From Botryllus schlosseri (Eukaryota): 64,000 nucleotides of DNA. The stretch is taken from NCBI GenBank assembly GCA_051294905.1, contig CM119376.1, positions 5,456,001 through 5,520,000 on the forward strand. Reading direction: 5' to 3'. The notes beneath the pieces were generated by a model. The model ran no database searches. It saw only the letters and a program-made list of their open reading frames with translations, and was not told where the DNA came from. The translations under genes and the position numbers were made by a program. Shown here piece by piece: positions 45,820 through 57,780 of the stretch (its first letter is position 1; every line of letters starts with the position of its first letter).

Positions 45820-47547
45820 CTAGAATTTATCCGCAAGCGCCATTATCCTTTCCCTCTCCACCTTTGCGCTATCGTCATCTTGCTGATCGCCGATATACCC
45901 CGCGTATTCACGAAGCACGTTCCTAATGCTTTGAACAGAACCGCTTCGCAAAGTCAAAATCTGTTTGATCCTGTCTTTCAACGCCGATTGCCCGGAAGCC
46001 GCCAACTCCACGATAATATAATCCGTTTGCTGCAACAGAAACAACCCCGCGTCCAGTTTCTGTAGATACTGGTCGTCCTCCATTTCGTCGTCCCACTGTC
46101 CTTTCTTCTGCAGCGACACGCGTTCCTGGTCGAGTTTGGCTTCCGCGTTCTGCACCCTGCCGAGGTACTTGAAATGAATTTCCATCAGCCGATCTACTTT
46201 CGCGAAATCAGCCTCGACGAATTTAGACACAAGCCTCTGTCTTTGAGATCCTTGCAGGTTTTTAAACATGGACGCGATGATAGACACGGCGTGTTCTTCG
46301 TGTACTTTAGTACGCACCCCTGTCTTTTTTTGCTTTTTCGGGGGCCGCATGAATATCGGGAAAATCGTGCGAAGGCCTAAGATTTCGATGAATTTAGTGC
46401 AGTTGTCTGCGCCGTCAGGCCCGTTCATAGAGTGATCCAAAACCTTCAACGCGCTGTTTCGAGACATCTTCTTCTCACGTAGCATCAAATTCATCAGCTG
46501 CAAGCCTTCGCCTTTCAAAAACAATGTCCTGTTTCCGGAATACAGCAACGAAGAGCATAAACTATTGAATAAATTTTCCATCAACTCCATTTCCTCTGAC
46601 GTACTAGGATCGTTACGTTTGTAAACCGCCAACAACTGCAGGAGTATATCAATACCGTCTAATTCACCGAGTAATTTCCTAGTCTCATCAGTCTGGTGTA
46701 AAAGTATGGACAAGATCTCAGAACAGTATAACTTGTTAGCGTCGAATTCTTTACGTGTTTTCAGCCTCCGCAAAAGCCACTGCATCAGTCCTTGCTGCGC
46801 TACAGCCGGCGCGATGTCAGGTTTTAATTCCAACATGTTTTCCACGACTCCAAGAGTGTTGTGTATACCTTCGGCTTCCTCTTTTACAGAGTCATCCAAT
46901 CTTTCCATATTTTGAACGAATAGAGACGTACATTGACCTTCCATTAAAGCGTCGATTAAATTTTCAGCACCGTCTTCGTGTTCTGTTACCATGTCAACGT
47001 CTGTTAATTCTTGGAGAAGGTCTACGACCGCGATCGATACGTCAGCGTTCAAGTGATTGAGCAGAGCTAGGAAAGAATTGACAGCACGCAGCTCTACGAG
47101 GTAATGCAGATGCTCGGGCATTGTAGCGAGGACTTTGATTTCGGTGATGGCATCGTTTAAATCAAGCTCAGACTCCATGAATTTCTCGGGACTGTCCGGA
47201 AACTTAATCCTCATCTCTTGATTTTTGAGCACTCTTTTCTCGAACGACAATATCATTTTTTTAACGCCTTGATCGTCTAAAACCTCCATCGCGTCTCCGA
47301 TTTTGCCTTCAGCTTGCTTTTCGACCATTTCTAGAAGCTTCATTTGTCTTTCTTCGTTGTCTTCCTGCGCTTTTTCCAGTTGCGCGGCGGTGTTTGAGGT
47401 TCTTTTCATACCGGACGTGACGGAGGATCCGGTGGAAAGCTGTAGCCTGGCGGCTTTCATTTTCGGTCGGTCGGTTTGATCATCTTTTCCCTCCAAGTCG
47501 TGTTTCAGGAGATTGGGCTTGAAGTTGAGGAGTTCTCCAACATCCAT
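45820..47547 (-). CDS. CTNNBL1: Beta-catenin-like protein 1 (Prp19/CDC5L complex), intronless, 575 aa
   Basis: MDVGELLNF, KNQEMRIKFPDSPEKFMESELDL, FDANKLYCSEILSILL, ENLFNSLCS, GEGLQLMNLMLREKK, LDAGLFLLQ. Confidence 0.97.
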   Translation of the reverse strand: MDVGELLNFKPNLLKHDLEGKDDQTDRPKMKAARLQLSTGSSVTSGMKRTSNTAAQLEKAQEDNEERQMKLLEMVEKQAEGKIGDAMEVLDDQGVKKMILSFEKRVLKNQEMRIKFPDSPEKFMESELDLNDAITEIKVLATMPEHLHYLVELRAVNSFLALLNHLNADVSIAVVDLLQELTDVDMVTEHEDGAENLIDALMEGQCTSLFVQNMERLDDSVKEEAEGIHNTLGVVENMLELKPDIAPAVAQQGLMQWLLRRLKTRKEFDANKLYCSEILSILLHQTDETRKLLGELDGIDILLQLLAVYKRNDPSTSEEMELMENLFNSLCSSLLYSGNRTLFLKGEGLQLMNLMLREKKMSRNSALKVLDHSMNGPDGADNCTKFIEILGLRTIFPIFMRPPKKQKKTGVRTKVHEEHAVSIIASMFKNLQGSQRQRLVSKFVEADFAKVDRLMEIHFKYLGRVQNAEAKLDQERVSLQKKGQWDDEMEDDQYLQKLDAGLFLLQQTDYIIVELAASGQSALKDRIKQILTLRSGSVQSIRNVLREYAGYIGDQQDDDSAKVERERIMALADKF

Positions 47548-47561
47548 GCTGCAAGATGATA

Positions 47562-47709
47562 CGATAGTTGATATACAATGTTCTTTCCAATTCTCTACTT
47601 GTTGCTGACAATTACCCCGACGAGTGTCAGCCGAAAATATTCGGGTTTATCTCAATATGAATCTACTATTCAATTGTATGTTGAAGTTCTGTACCTCCAA
47701 GAAGCTCTT
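47562..47709 (+). mobile_element. Family D insertion, single arm, hammerhead core mutated
   Basis: Perfect 10-bp flanking repeat CAAGATGATA (47552-47561, 47710-47719); ends AAGAAGCTCTT; core reads ACCCC-GACGA-G-TGTCAGC-C-GAAA-ATAT-TC-GGGT (U4 lost). Confidence 0.8.
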
Positions 47710-49333
47710 CAAGATGATATCAGTAGGACAAAATCTCAGCAATATAGGCCTAACCCCTAACACATGTGGTTATGGCTATAATAGTAAAATTTATTGTTCA
47801 CATTTTGTCATTGCTAGGAATGGACATAATCGAGTACCTGATTCAGTTACTAAGCAAATGCCCATACCGTCTACGGAGGCTGAATTATCAGTGAATTTTA
47901 TCAGCTGACACGGGCAGCCTCAGTCATCAAAGTCCCTAAATCCATCCCATTAAGTAACTAAACTAGCGAAATACCAGTGAATTATAGGAGGAAACACAGG
48001 CATGCACAAGAAGATGGTTCTGAACTTACATTGTGATTGAACGAGTATAACTTGTAGTAAGTAACAGGGCGCTTCGAGTGAACTCGATCTAAGTGTCAGG
48101 GATAAATGCCGAGAGGTACGACAAGGGGATAAGGTATAGTCCTGACTCCTGAGATGATCGGGAGTCAAATCAAAAATTTCATCGCTGCGGAAGCGCATAT
48201 TTTCAATCAGTTATTGTAATTTACAGGTATTCAACGTCATAAATAGTTATAGTAAACGCTTCAGGTTTGACTCACGTACCTTCTTTGAAAAGCTACGTGC
48301 TTGTGCAGAGTGCAGTAACTTCGCTATCGAGTATCGATGTAGTTTAGTCTCAACAACTATCAGCTCAACGACAGCAAGTAATCAAAGGGACCATGGAGAA
48401 TGCATAATGCTATTTTGCATCACGCTCACGCTCCATCGACATAATTTCAAATTTATTCTGCCACAGCACAGACTCGAAGTCCTGTCCTCGGCAATTCCAA
48501 TCGTTCCTTTGCATCCGTAAAATGATTAATATTTTGTATAAGAATTTTAAATACCATTATTCGTATACTGCATGTGTAGGATTATTGATTATTATCGCTG
48601 TGATCACACCATAGTGGAACGGAATTCTACGGTCCATTCTCGAATTCTCTGGAATGTACTGTTCTACACGTATACATTGGGTATACATTGGCATAGGACT
48701 CCACATTTTGGTACCCTTCACCTTCATTGGGCGTTTTGTTATCAAATGTGCCACGAATTGCACTTCCGATAGTTTTGTTTTACTACAAATCCCGCCTATT
48801 TTGTGAGAATGCGCGTGCATTGTTGGCTACTTATGCCCATCGAATCCATTCGTGAGAAAAGTCCCCAATTTAAGAATCTTTAGCGCTGGGTAATGGGGGA
48901 GTGATTGAATATAGACTATTCCAATCCGAGTCGTTTCAACAGCTTCCTGTCTTCTCTTTTTATCGTTTGGTAATTGATCGTGCAATAAACCGGTTTATTT
49001 GCAATTGTGCTTCCACTGCGTATGTAAATTCACGAACTATGGAACTTCTGCCCAGTGATATCAACAGTCAAGATGTCGTTTCGGCATCTTACCATCTTTT
49101 TATTGTATCGCAATCTTGTGGTGTATTTATCAGATAAAAATAAACTGAAAATAACTGAAAAACTGACCATCGTGACCGACCTTCAGTGTTGACAAGATGG
49201 CGGTAAGGAGCTACGAACGTCGTGCATACGTTTTCGTACCACAGAAAAGTCATACCCGAGGTCTGGACCTTAGACGGATGGTGTAGATTTGAAAAGTTAG
49301 TGGTTTTCTGCGCAGAAAGGTTGTCACGAGAGT

Positions 49334-49636
49334 ATGAATATTCTTTTACAATCTGCCCGTACGCTTCGGGCTGTCGTGAAGCGCGGCATAGCCCCGCAGA
49401 CTGCGATTCGCGGTAATGCGACAATGAAAAAAGATGACTACATGCGCACTGTGAAGTATCCCGCTCTGTGGCTATATGCATTCTACGGGTATCTGATGTA
49501 CTGCTGTATACAGAAAGGCCGCGAAATGGACGCTGTATATGAGGAGCTCCAAATAAATGGATTGCCAATGCGTGACCGGCCGCGGGATCCAGATCATGAA
49601 CTTCTGTCCAATTACCGTAAATACAGATATGAATGA
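49334..49636 (+). CDS. Unidentified 100-aa protein with a mitochondrial-type presequence and one TM helix
   Basis: Arg-rich, acid-free N-terminus; hydrophobic YPALWLYAFYGYLMYCCI; more GC-rich than its flanks; ttttctgcgcag acceptor 18 nt before the ATG. Confidence 0.6.
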   Translation: MNILLQSARTLRAVVKRGIAPQTAIRGNATMKKDDYMRTVKYPALWLYAFYGYLMYCCIQKGREMDAVYEELQINGLPMRDRPRDPDHELLSNYRKYRYE

Positions 49637-50458
49637 ATGATTAGCCATATTTCGAATGTTTGTGCGGCTCCAGCGTTTGATGTTTGTGTTTTCTTTTAAG
49701 ATTAGCGGTATGTATGTGAAGATAAAACGTGAATGCTGTCGTATTATGCACTGCAGACTGCACATGTCCAGAATTTTATTAGGCACTTTGATCAATTTAA
49801 TCAATTACAGTTTCTCTCTCCCACTTGGAAAGTAAATCCTAATGTAAAAATATATCGCTAGCCCAGATCTGCTTGTGTAAAACGGGGATAAATCTCAATT
49901 TTTAAAGTACAGTTGATTCCAAGGGAACAAAAAAAACTCGTGAACCTGGTTTTTGTATTATTCGCGACTAGCTATAATGCTTGGTATCACAACCTTTTGA
50001 AGAAATGCCAGTGTCTTGTGCCTAGCACACCATATTCGTTTTGACTTCCGGTTTTCATCTTCATTGTAGTTGAGTAAAATTTTGTTATCTTGTTAATTAG
50101 GTCATTGAATTGTGGGTATCTACCGTGGATTGGCATAGTCATTTGGCTGTTGAACGATGTAAAAGGTTCCATCAATATTTAGAGGTCATATTCAATTATT
50201 GTGTTATGTTCTGTATTTGATGAATCTTCAGAACTGCTAGGTAAAGCGATTCAAATCTCTACTTTTTCACAACTGTTGGACAATATGTTCGAGTTCTTTA
50301 GCCCGAATTTTAAAATCGTTATCTCTCTTTCAGCATTTGATTTGTTGTGAGCTACGCAGCGTTTGAGATGATATCTTTGTCATTATATTTTCTGTCGTAT
50401 TTTTGCCGAACTCTTGTGTGATAAAATATTCTTCTATTAGCAGGTTATAAATTTAAAT

Positions 50459-51211
50459 ATGTTCAGTATCTTGACGCTTAAAGCATCTGGTTCCAGGAGC
50501 GTAAAACCTCTGATATTGGTGGCTTGTCGTCATTACAAGGTTCGGAAAAAGCCAATTGATATACACGCCGTTTTTCATCCTAGAAACATTTCACGGCAAC
50601 CTCAACTCTACGACTATTTCCTGGTGTTGGATTTTGAAGCGACTTGCGAAAAATCGAATCAAGCGATGAATTGTTTCCAGCAAGAAATTATTGAATTTCC
50701 GGTCCACAAAGTTAACAGTAACAATTTTGAAACCGAGGCGGTGTTTCACTCGTTTGTGAAGCCAGTCATAAATCCTCAGCTATCAAATTATTGCTCCTCG
50801 CTAACTGGGATATCGCAGGTTGACGTGGACAATAGTCTTGAACTGAGTTCAGTTTTGGAAGATTTTGATCGATGGATGACGAATAATGTCGTCACGTCGG
50901 AAAAAAGTTTCATATTTGTGACTTCTGGGGATTGGGATTTGAAGAAAATGCTGCCGACGGAGTGCAGAGACAAAAATATCCAGATGAAATCATACTTCAC
51001 GGATTACGTCAACATTAACAAGTCCTTTGCGTACACGATGGGGAAATGGCCACGATTTGGAAAAGGGAGAATTCCTGCCATGCTAGCGTTGCTGGAACTT
51101 TCGCAAATCGGCGAATTCCATCGAGGTGTAAGCGATTGTCAAAATATCATTAGTATAATGAAAAGCTTAGCGGATAAAGGATGTGTATTTAAACCAGAGG
51201 AAAATACCTGA
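50459..51211 (+). CDS. ERI3: ERI1 exoribonuclease family member 3 (DEDDh 3'-5' exonuclease), intronless, 250 aa
   Basis: YFLVLDFEATC, EIIEFP, LTGISQ, FVTSGDWDLKKMLP, H.G..DCQNI; catalytic D-E-D-H-D set intact. Confidence 0.88.
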   Translation: MFSILTLKASGSRSVKPLILVACRHYKVRKKPIDIHAVFHPRNISRQPQLYDYFLVLDFEATCEKSNQAMNCFQQEIIEFPVHKVNSNNFETEAVFHSFVKPVINPQLSNYCSSLTGISQVDVDNSLELSSVLEDFDRWMTNNVVTSEKSFIFVTSGDWDLKKMLPTECRDKNIQMKSYFTDYVNINKSFAYTMGKWPRFGKGRIPAMLALLELSQIGEFHRGVSDCQNIISIMKSLADKGCVFKPEENT

Positions 51212-51814
51212 ATATTAACTCATGTAACAGTAATATCAACATTGCTGTAAACAGATGTCTGTCAGCAGGTTTAACAGGTACTGAAAAATATGATCATCTG
51301 GTGCATTTTCACAGTATCTTCCTGTGCTGCGCCGATCTTTTTTGCTTAGCCATGCATTAGTATCGTAGAAAAATCATACCTGGCATATACCTGTCCATTT
51401 AACAAGGTAATCAAGAATCTCGAACGGTTCGTTGCTGGGTTTTTCAATTTAACTAGCATCTTATATGCAATGGCTGAAGATTGTTTTGAACCATGTCGTT
51501 GGTGCCAAGATGCGACGACTGTCACTGTCAATCATATCGCATATCATCTTGTAATATTATTATCTACTGGTCACAACACTACATCCCTTGCAAGAATATA
51601 TCTCTTTAAACTCTATCAATTTTTGGGTGCCCCTTACCAAGACTTATTGTATTGACACGCTAATTCTGCTTGTTACGTCATACACTTTACTGTATTGGTC
51701 ATGCTTCAGAATCTGTTGGAATACCTTTCGGGTGTCGATAATTCTCGATAAGAGCCACCCAAAATGTCTTCAAATATGAAGACATGTAGGCCTATTCAAT
51801 ATAGAATTGAATAT

Positions 51815-52010
51815 TAGATTCCTATTTGAAATCAACCCAAATGTTTTTGCCGGACACTCGTTATCGTCATGGGCAATCGTCAGCAACTACAGAATTCACA
51901 AGAATTTGTGTATTAATAGTGACGAGTGTCAGCTGAGAATATTCAGGTTAGTTTCTAATATAATATTACTATTCAATTGTATATTGATTTTTGTACCTCA
52001 GAGTGTGCTC
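51815..52010 (+). repeat. Family D, degenerate fold-back copy between ERI3 and SF3B1
   Basis: Reverse arm (…ggacactcg…cgtcagcaacta) then forward arm (gtgacgagtgtcagctgagaatattcagg…caattgtatattg). Confidence 0.6.
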
Positions 52011-52198
52011 AAATATGTATTCTTGTAATGAATGTTGTGAAACGACAGTTAAATTACCTATCTGCTGTGCATTTTTTCTCTTCTTTAATAAGATAACACA
52101 CGACTGGTTATCTAATCTCTATTTTTTGACAGAAAACTTTATTATAGCCTTTCTTATAAAGATACCTTGTAGCTTCTTGGGAACGGTCGCGGACTGCC

Positions 52199-55100
52199 AT
52201 GGCCTCGAAGGAAGACTACGTGTCCGAAATCAAAGCGATACAACAAAAAAAAGGCTCCATTCAGCCTCCGGCCGAAAAACCGGATGTAGCCGAGGAGATT
52301 GATGAAGATGACCGCGTCGGGTTAGGCCAGGAGGGCCACTACGATCAGCAAATCTACGGCGGTTCGAAAAGCAAATTTGCGGGGTATGTGACGTCGATCG
52401 CGCCCAACGAGGGTGAAGACGATGACGAGGGTGAAGACGGAGGTAACGCTTTACTCGGGAAAAGGCCGACTTACACAGCACCCGCTGCTGTGATGCATGA
52501 TATACAACAATCAGACGAGAATCTGGATCCATTTGCCGAAACGCGAAGACAACCGATTGCAAACAGGGAAGACCCTTACCGACAGCGTAGGCTGCAACGG
52601 GCTATCTCTCCCGCGAGACACGACCCTTTTGCAGACGGGGGTAAAACCCCAGACCCGCAAATGGTCCAGTATAGGGATGTAATGGCGGCACAGTCACTCA
52701 CTAAAGAAGAACTCGAGATAAGAGGTAAAATTAGTGAAAAACTCAAGTCCGGAGATACACACGTGAATGGAAATTCACAAGCAAAAGCAGCACCTGTAGT
52801 TAGAGAGAGGAAACGTAGATGGGACGCGACCCCGACACCGGACGCGCCTAAAAAGAAAATGACATGGGACCAGGCCGAGTCTACCCCGGGGCATGCTCCG
52901 ACACCGATGCGTTGGGATGAGACACCAGGACGGCCGAAAGGCGGGGAGACTCCCGGCGGTATGGTCACCCCAGGGCAGAGTACTAGAATGTGGGACGCGA
53001 CACCGGGGCATGCTACTCCAGGGGCGACCACCCCAGGTCATGCCACGCCTGGAATCGGTGGCACCCCGAGTGCAAGCTCTAGAAAGAATAGATGGGATGA
53101 GACCCCCAAAACGGAGAGAGAAACGCCGGGGCGTAGTCTAGGGTGGGCTGAGACGCCACGTGCCGACCGTGGGGATGATTCGGAGAGAATTCCGGGCGGC
53201 ACTAGCAAACGTAAGTCAAGATGGGATTTGACTCCAGCCGCGGCCACCCCTGGTAGTCAGACACCGGGGTCTGCCACGCCTGTATTCACCCCGGGCGGGA
53301 CTCCGTCCGCGTTTACCCCGAAAGGAATGGGCACGCCTAGTACTGCGGGTACCCCGTCTCTTTTTACACCGTTAGGGCAAACTCCGATCGGGACTAAAGC
53401 CATGGGTATGGCGACTCCGACCCCGGGACACTTGATGTCTATGACTCCGGAACAGTTGCAGGCTTGGCGTTGGGAGAGAGAGATTGATGAACGAAACAGG
53501 CCGCTTGCTGATGAAGAGTTGGATGCTATGTTTCCGGAGGGTTATAAAGTTCTCAACCCCCCTACTGGGTATGTGCCTATTCGTACCCCGGCCAGGAAGA
53601 TTACAGCCACCCCGACACCTATGGGTGGGTCGACCGGATTTCACATTCAAGTTGAGGATAAATCCATGAAAGGCATCACCGATCAGCCCACTGGAAATTT
53701 ACCGTTTTTGAAGCCTGACGATATTCAGTATTTTGACAAGCTACTTGTTGATGTCGATGAGGAAAGTTTGAGCGCCGAGGAGCAGAAAGAAAGGAAAATC
53801 ATGAAATTGCTGCTCAAAATCAAAAACGGGACTCCTCCCATGCGTAAAAGTGCTCTTCGACAGATTACAGACAAGTCTCGCGAGTTTGGCGCCGGGCCTC
53901 TGTTTAATCAGATTCTGCCTTTGCTGATGTCGCCGACATTGGAGGATCAAGAAAGGCATTTGTTGGTTAAAGTGATCGACCGTATTTTGTACAAGCTGGA
54001 CGATTTGGTGCGTCCTTACGTGCATAAGATTCTTGTGGTTATCGAGCCTCTGCTTATTGATGAAGATTACTATGCTAGAGTGGAAGGGAGGGAAATTATC
54101 TCGAATCTGGCGAAAGCGGCTGGTCTGGCGACTATGATTTCGGTGATGAGGCCTGATATTGATAATATGGATGAGTATGTGCGTAATACTACTGCCAGAG
54201 CGTTTGCAGTGGTAGCTTCAGCCTTGGGAATACCTTCTCTGCTGCCTTTCTTGAAAGCCGTGTGCAGAAGTAAGAAATCGTGGCAAGCCAGACACACGGG
54301 TATTAAAATCACGCAGCAGATTGCGATCTTGATGGGTTGCGCGATTTTGCCGCATTTGAGAAACTTGGTTGAGATCATAGAACACGGTCTTGAGGACGAA
54401 CAGCAAAAAGTGCGTACCATCACCGCGTTGGCTTTGGCTGCTTTGGCGGAAGCCGCGACTCCGTACGGTATCGAATCGTTCGACAGTGTGCTGAAACCGT
54501 TGTGGAAAGGTATCAGGACGCATAGAGGTAAAGGTCTGGCTGCGTTTTTGAAAGCTATCGGATACTTGATTCCTCTCATGGACGCAGAGTACGCTAACTA
54601 CTACACGAGAGAAGTGATGTTGATTTTGATTCGTGAGTTTCAATCTCCCGACGAAGAAATGAAAAAAATTGTACTCAAGGTAGTGAAGCAGTGTTGCGGT
54701 ACGGATGGTGTGGAGCCGCAGTATATCAAAAACGAGATTCTTCCGCCGTTTTTCAAGCATTTTTGGAATCAGAGGATGGCTATGGACCGTAGAAACTACA
54801 GACAGCTTGTGGATACTACCGTGGAAATCGCGAATAAAGTTGGATCTTCTGAAATGGTGCAGCGTGTGGTTGACGATCTCAAAGATGAGAACGAACAGTA
54901 CAGGAAGATGGTGATGGAAACTATCGATAAAATCTTGGTTAATCTCGGATCGGCTGATATAGACCACAGACTCGAAGAACAGCTTATTGATGGAATTCTG
55001 TACGCGTTTCAGGAACAGACCACAGAGGATATAGTCATGCTGAATGGATTCGGTACTGTGATCAATACTTTGGGTAAACGCGTGAAGCCATATCTGCCGC

Positions 55101-56224
55101 AGATTTGCGGTACGGTTCTGTGGCGTTTGAACAACAAATCTGCTAAAGTTAGGCAGCAAGCGGCTGATTTAATCTCGCGTATTTCGATCGTCATGCGTAC
55201 GTGCCAGGAGGAGAAACTGATGGGGCATCTCGGGGTTGTGCTGTATGAGTATCTAGGGGAGGAATATCCCGAAGTGTTGGGTTCCATACTGGGTGCGTTG
55301 AAGTCGATCGTGAACGTAATCGGGATGCACAAGATGACTCCGCCTATTAAAGATCTCTTACCGCGTCTGACGCCGATTTTGAAAAACAGGCATGAGAAAG
55401 TCCAAGAAAACTGTATCGATTTAGTGGGACGTATCGCAGACAGAGGGGCTGAGTACGTCAGTGCTCGTGAGTGGATGAGAATCTGTTTTGAATTGTTGGA
55501 GCTGCTCAAAGCGCACAAAAAATCCATCAGACGTGCTACCGTAAATACTTTCGGGTATATTGCGAAAGCTATCGGGCCTCATGATGTGCTAGCCACGCTG
55601 CTTAACAATCTCAAAGTTCAAGAGAGGCAGAATCGCGTATGCACCACAGTGGCTATTGCTATCGTTGCTGAAACCTGTTCTCCGTTTACAGTGCTGCCTG
55701 CGTTGATGAATGAGTATCGTGTTCCTGAGTTGAACGTGCAGAACGGCGTGTTAAAAGCGCTCTCTTTTCTGTTTGAGTATATCGGAGAAATGGGGAAGGA
55801 TTATATCTACGCCGTGTCTACTTTGTTGGAGGATGCTCTAATGGAGAGAGATCTTGTTCATAGACAAATTGCGTCTGCCGCTATTGGACACATGTCCCTC
55901 GGAGTGTATGGATTTGGATGCGAAGACGCATTGAATCATTTGCTCAACTACGTCTGGCCGAATATATTCGAAACTTCGCCGCACGTTATTCAAGCTGTCA
56001 TGTCCGCAGTCGACGGGATGCGGGTCGCGTTGGGGCCGAGCAGGCTTCTGCAGTATTGCTTGCAGGGGTTGTTTCATCCCGCTAGGAAAGTGAGAGATGT
56101 GTATTGGAAGGTGTACAACAGCATATACATCGGAGCGCAGGACAGCTTGGTGCCGTCCTATCCGAGGTTTTATAATGACGAGAAGAACCAGTACTTGCGT
56201 TACGAGCTGGATTATGTGATCTAG
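52199..56224 (+). CDS. SF3B1: Splicing factor 3B subunit 1, intronless, 1341 aa
   Basis: RWD/ULM and TP repeats, HEAT region ([26 protein letters not shown]), C-terminal RYELDYVI. Confidence 0.99.
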   Translation: MASKEDYVSEIKAIQQKKGSIQPPAEKPDVAEEIDEDDRVGLGQEGHYDQQIYGGSKSKFAGYVTSIAPNEGEDDDEGEDGGNALLGKRPTYTAPAAVMHDIQQSDENLDPFAETRRQPIANREDPYRQRRLQRAISPARHDPFADGGKTPDPQMVQYRDVMAAQSLTKEELEIRGKISEKLKSGDTHVNGNSQAKAAPVVRERKRRWDATPTPDAPKKKMTWDQAESTPGHAPTPMRWDETPGRPKGGETPGGMVTPGQSTRMWDATPGHATPGATTPGHATPGIGGTPSASSRKNRWDETPKTERETPGRSLGWAETPRADRGDDSERIPGGTSKRKSRWDLTPAAATPGSQTPGSATPVFTPGGTPSAFTPKGMGTPSTAGTPSLFTPLGQTPIGTKAMGMATPTPGHLMSMTPEQLQAWRWEREIDERNRPLADEELDAMFPEGYKVLNPPTGYVPIRTPARKITATPTPMGGSTGFHIQVEDKSMKGITDQPTGNLPFLKPDDIQYFDKLLVDVDEESLSAEEQKERKIMKLLLKIKNGTPPMRKSALRQITDKSREFGAGPLFNQILPLLMSPTLEDQERHLLVKVIDRILYKLDDLVRPYVHKILVVIEPLLIDEDYYARVEGREIISNLAKAAGLATMISVMRPDIDNMDEYVRNTTARAFAVVASALGIPSLLPFLKAVCRSKKSWQARHTGIKITQQIAILMGCAILPHLRNLVEIIEHGLEDEQQKVRTITALALAALAEAATPYGIESFDSVLKPLWKGIRTHRGKGLAAFLKAIGYLIPLMDAEYANYYTREVMLILIREFQSPDEEMKKIVLKVVKQCCGTDGVEPQYIKNEILPPFFKHFWNQRMAMDRRNYRQLVDTTVEIANKVGSSEMVQRVVDDLKDENEQYRKMVMETIDKILVNLGSADIDHRLEEQLIDGILYAFQEQTTEDIVMLNGFGTVINTLGKRVKPYLPQICGTVLWRLNNKSAKVRQQAADLISRISIVMRTCQEEKLMGHLGVVLYEYLGEEYPEVLGSILGALKSIVNVIGMHKMTPPIKDLLPRLTPILKNRHEKVQENCIDLVGRIADRGAEYVSAREWMRICFELLELLKAHKKSIRRATVNTFGYIAKAIGPHDVLATLLNNLKVQERQNRVCTTVAIAIVAETCSPFTVLPALMNEYRVPELNVQNGVLKALSFLFEYIGEMGKDYIYAVSTLLEDALMERDLVHRQIASAAIGHMSLGVYGFGCEDALNHLLNYVWPNIFETSPHVIQAVMSAVDGMRVALGPSRLLQYCLQGLFHPARKVRDVYWKVYNSIYIGAQDSLVPSYPRFYNDEKNQYLRYELDYVI

Positions 56225-57780
56225 AGCGCGGGATTGGCGTTTCGCAGGTCTACTGCTTAAGCCTGTGCGGAACTAAATATGGGAGCTTATCAGAATTGTG
56301 GATGCGTATGTACGTCCGCGTGACGAGTCGAATTGATCTGAGGGCAGTTTGTCGAATGCGGTTTTATAATTGTCACTGGCGTGTCTCCTCTCCGGGACTG
56401 TTTCGGCTGTGTATAGTTTGTATGCTTTTACGATCTTTTGGAGTTTTTCGATATTTGTAGGATGATGTCTGTGCTTGAAATTTGTGCATGCAACGGGCGG
56501 CATCGTTCTCACCTTTGGACGTGCAATCGGGACCAAAATCGTAACATTAACTACCGAAGACTTATCAGCAGTTGTTGGAATGCTTTTCTGGAATCATTTG
56601 AAATTTCGTGTCAATAGAAGTCTGTAAATTGTACAAGTTTGGTGGCGCGGTCTGTAGTAGATAGATAGCATGTCAGAAGACAAGTAAGATGGTGTGCCGA
56701 TGATAATCTGTCATACGTCGGGTTAATAGGCTTATACTATTTGAGGTTTTTAGTTTAGGACTGAGTGTGGTTTTGCTAAAATGGTGCCCGCAGAAGACAA
56801 ACCCATAGTGGGTCGATGGTTTCTGATGTTCCTAGCGTCCTGCTGGTGGTGCCCTATGGGGTCAGTTTCTAATTTGAGCAGAAGTGGTCAAAGTAGTCGG
56901 CGATGCTGCTTGACCAAATCTACTTCTTGAATTGATTTACTCAAGTTCCTTTTCCGCCTATCATCTTGAAGTAGTTCTTACTTGAAAGTTGTTACTTTTA
57001 CTTGTGATCGACTAAAAAATTACAGCGTTGCTTTACCAAAGTAGTTCGTCCTCTTTTAGTGGTTAAACAGTCATGTTACGTCCTGCAATTTTGAAAGTAC
57101 GGACACAAAATGACTACACTTTGAATGGGAACACTCGTCTTTGACAATATGTGCTGGCTATTTCATGTGCTTCTTAAGACGATCTCCCACGAAGGTGGTG
57201 CAAACTCATCCAAAAAAAAACTTCTCAAAATCCAAATTGTGAATAGCAGCAGTTCAATACATTACCACTTCAGTCTGTAGAATTGGGCTCAACTGATTCT
57301 TTGCTCTAATTCTAGTCTAATTTGTGAAATGTTGCAATGCTCTCAATTTAAATTTAGTATAATTTCTCGTTTTTCATGAAAATGCTGCAGAAGTGTACCG
57401 TGTGAAACGAGCCAAGCTCACTGTATAGACATTTGCCACTCCAAGTTTTCGTGTATCCAGTAATTCGTAAAAAACTAGCTGTAAGACCAATTCAAGTATA
57501 ATTTGATAAAAAAAACGTAGTCTCATTTGGAAAAACCTGTGTAGTTATAATTCCAAATCGAGGTATGCAAAATCAACTTGAGGACTGCATATAAGTAGTA
57601 GGTCCATTACTGGCCACCGTAGATTTTCAGACACGAGCCACCAAAAAACCCTGACAGTCATTTGGTCACTGGCACACTGCGAGACAAACTATTTCTAACC
57701 ACGTATGTATGCTAAATTCTCAAATACCGAACATGAAGGTATATTTCAAAAATCAATCTCTTACAAAACAGCAAAGTCAA

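Noticed and set aside
49334-49636. Naming the 100-aa ORF COA3
   Set aside because: Similarity is limited to a few residues and COA3 lacks a presequence; left unnamed.
54218-55159. 313-aa antisense ORF, plus others (52230-53247, 54070-54579, 55009-55527) opposite SF3B1
   Set aside because: Shadow ORFs on the antisense strand of a highly conserved CDS; no recognisable motifs.
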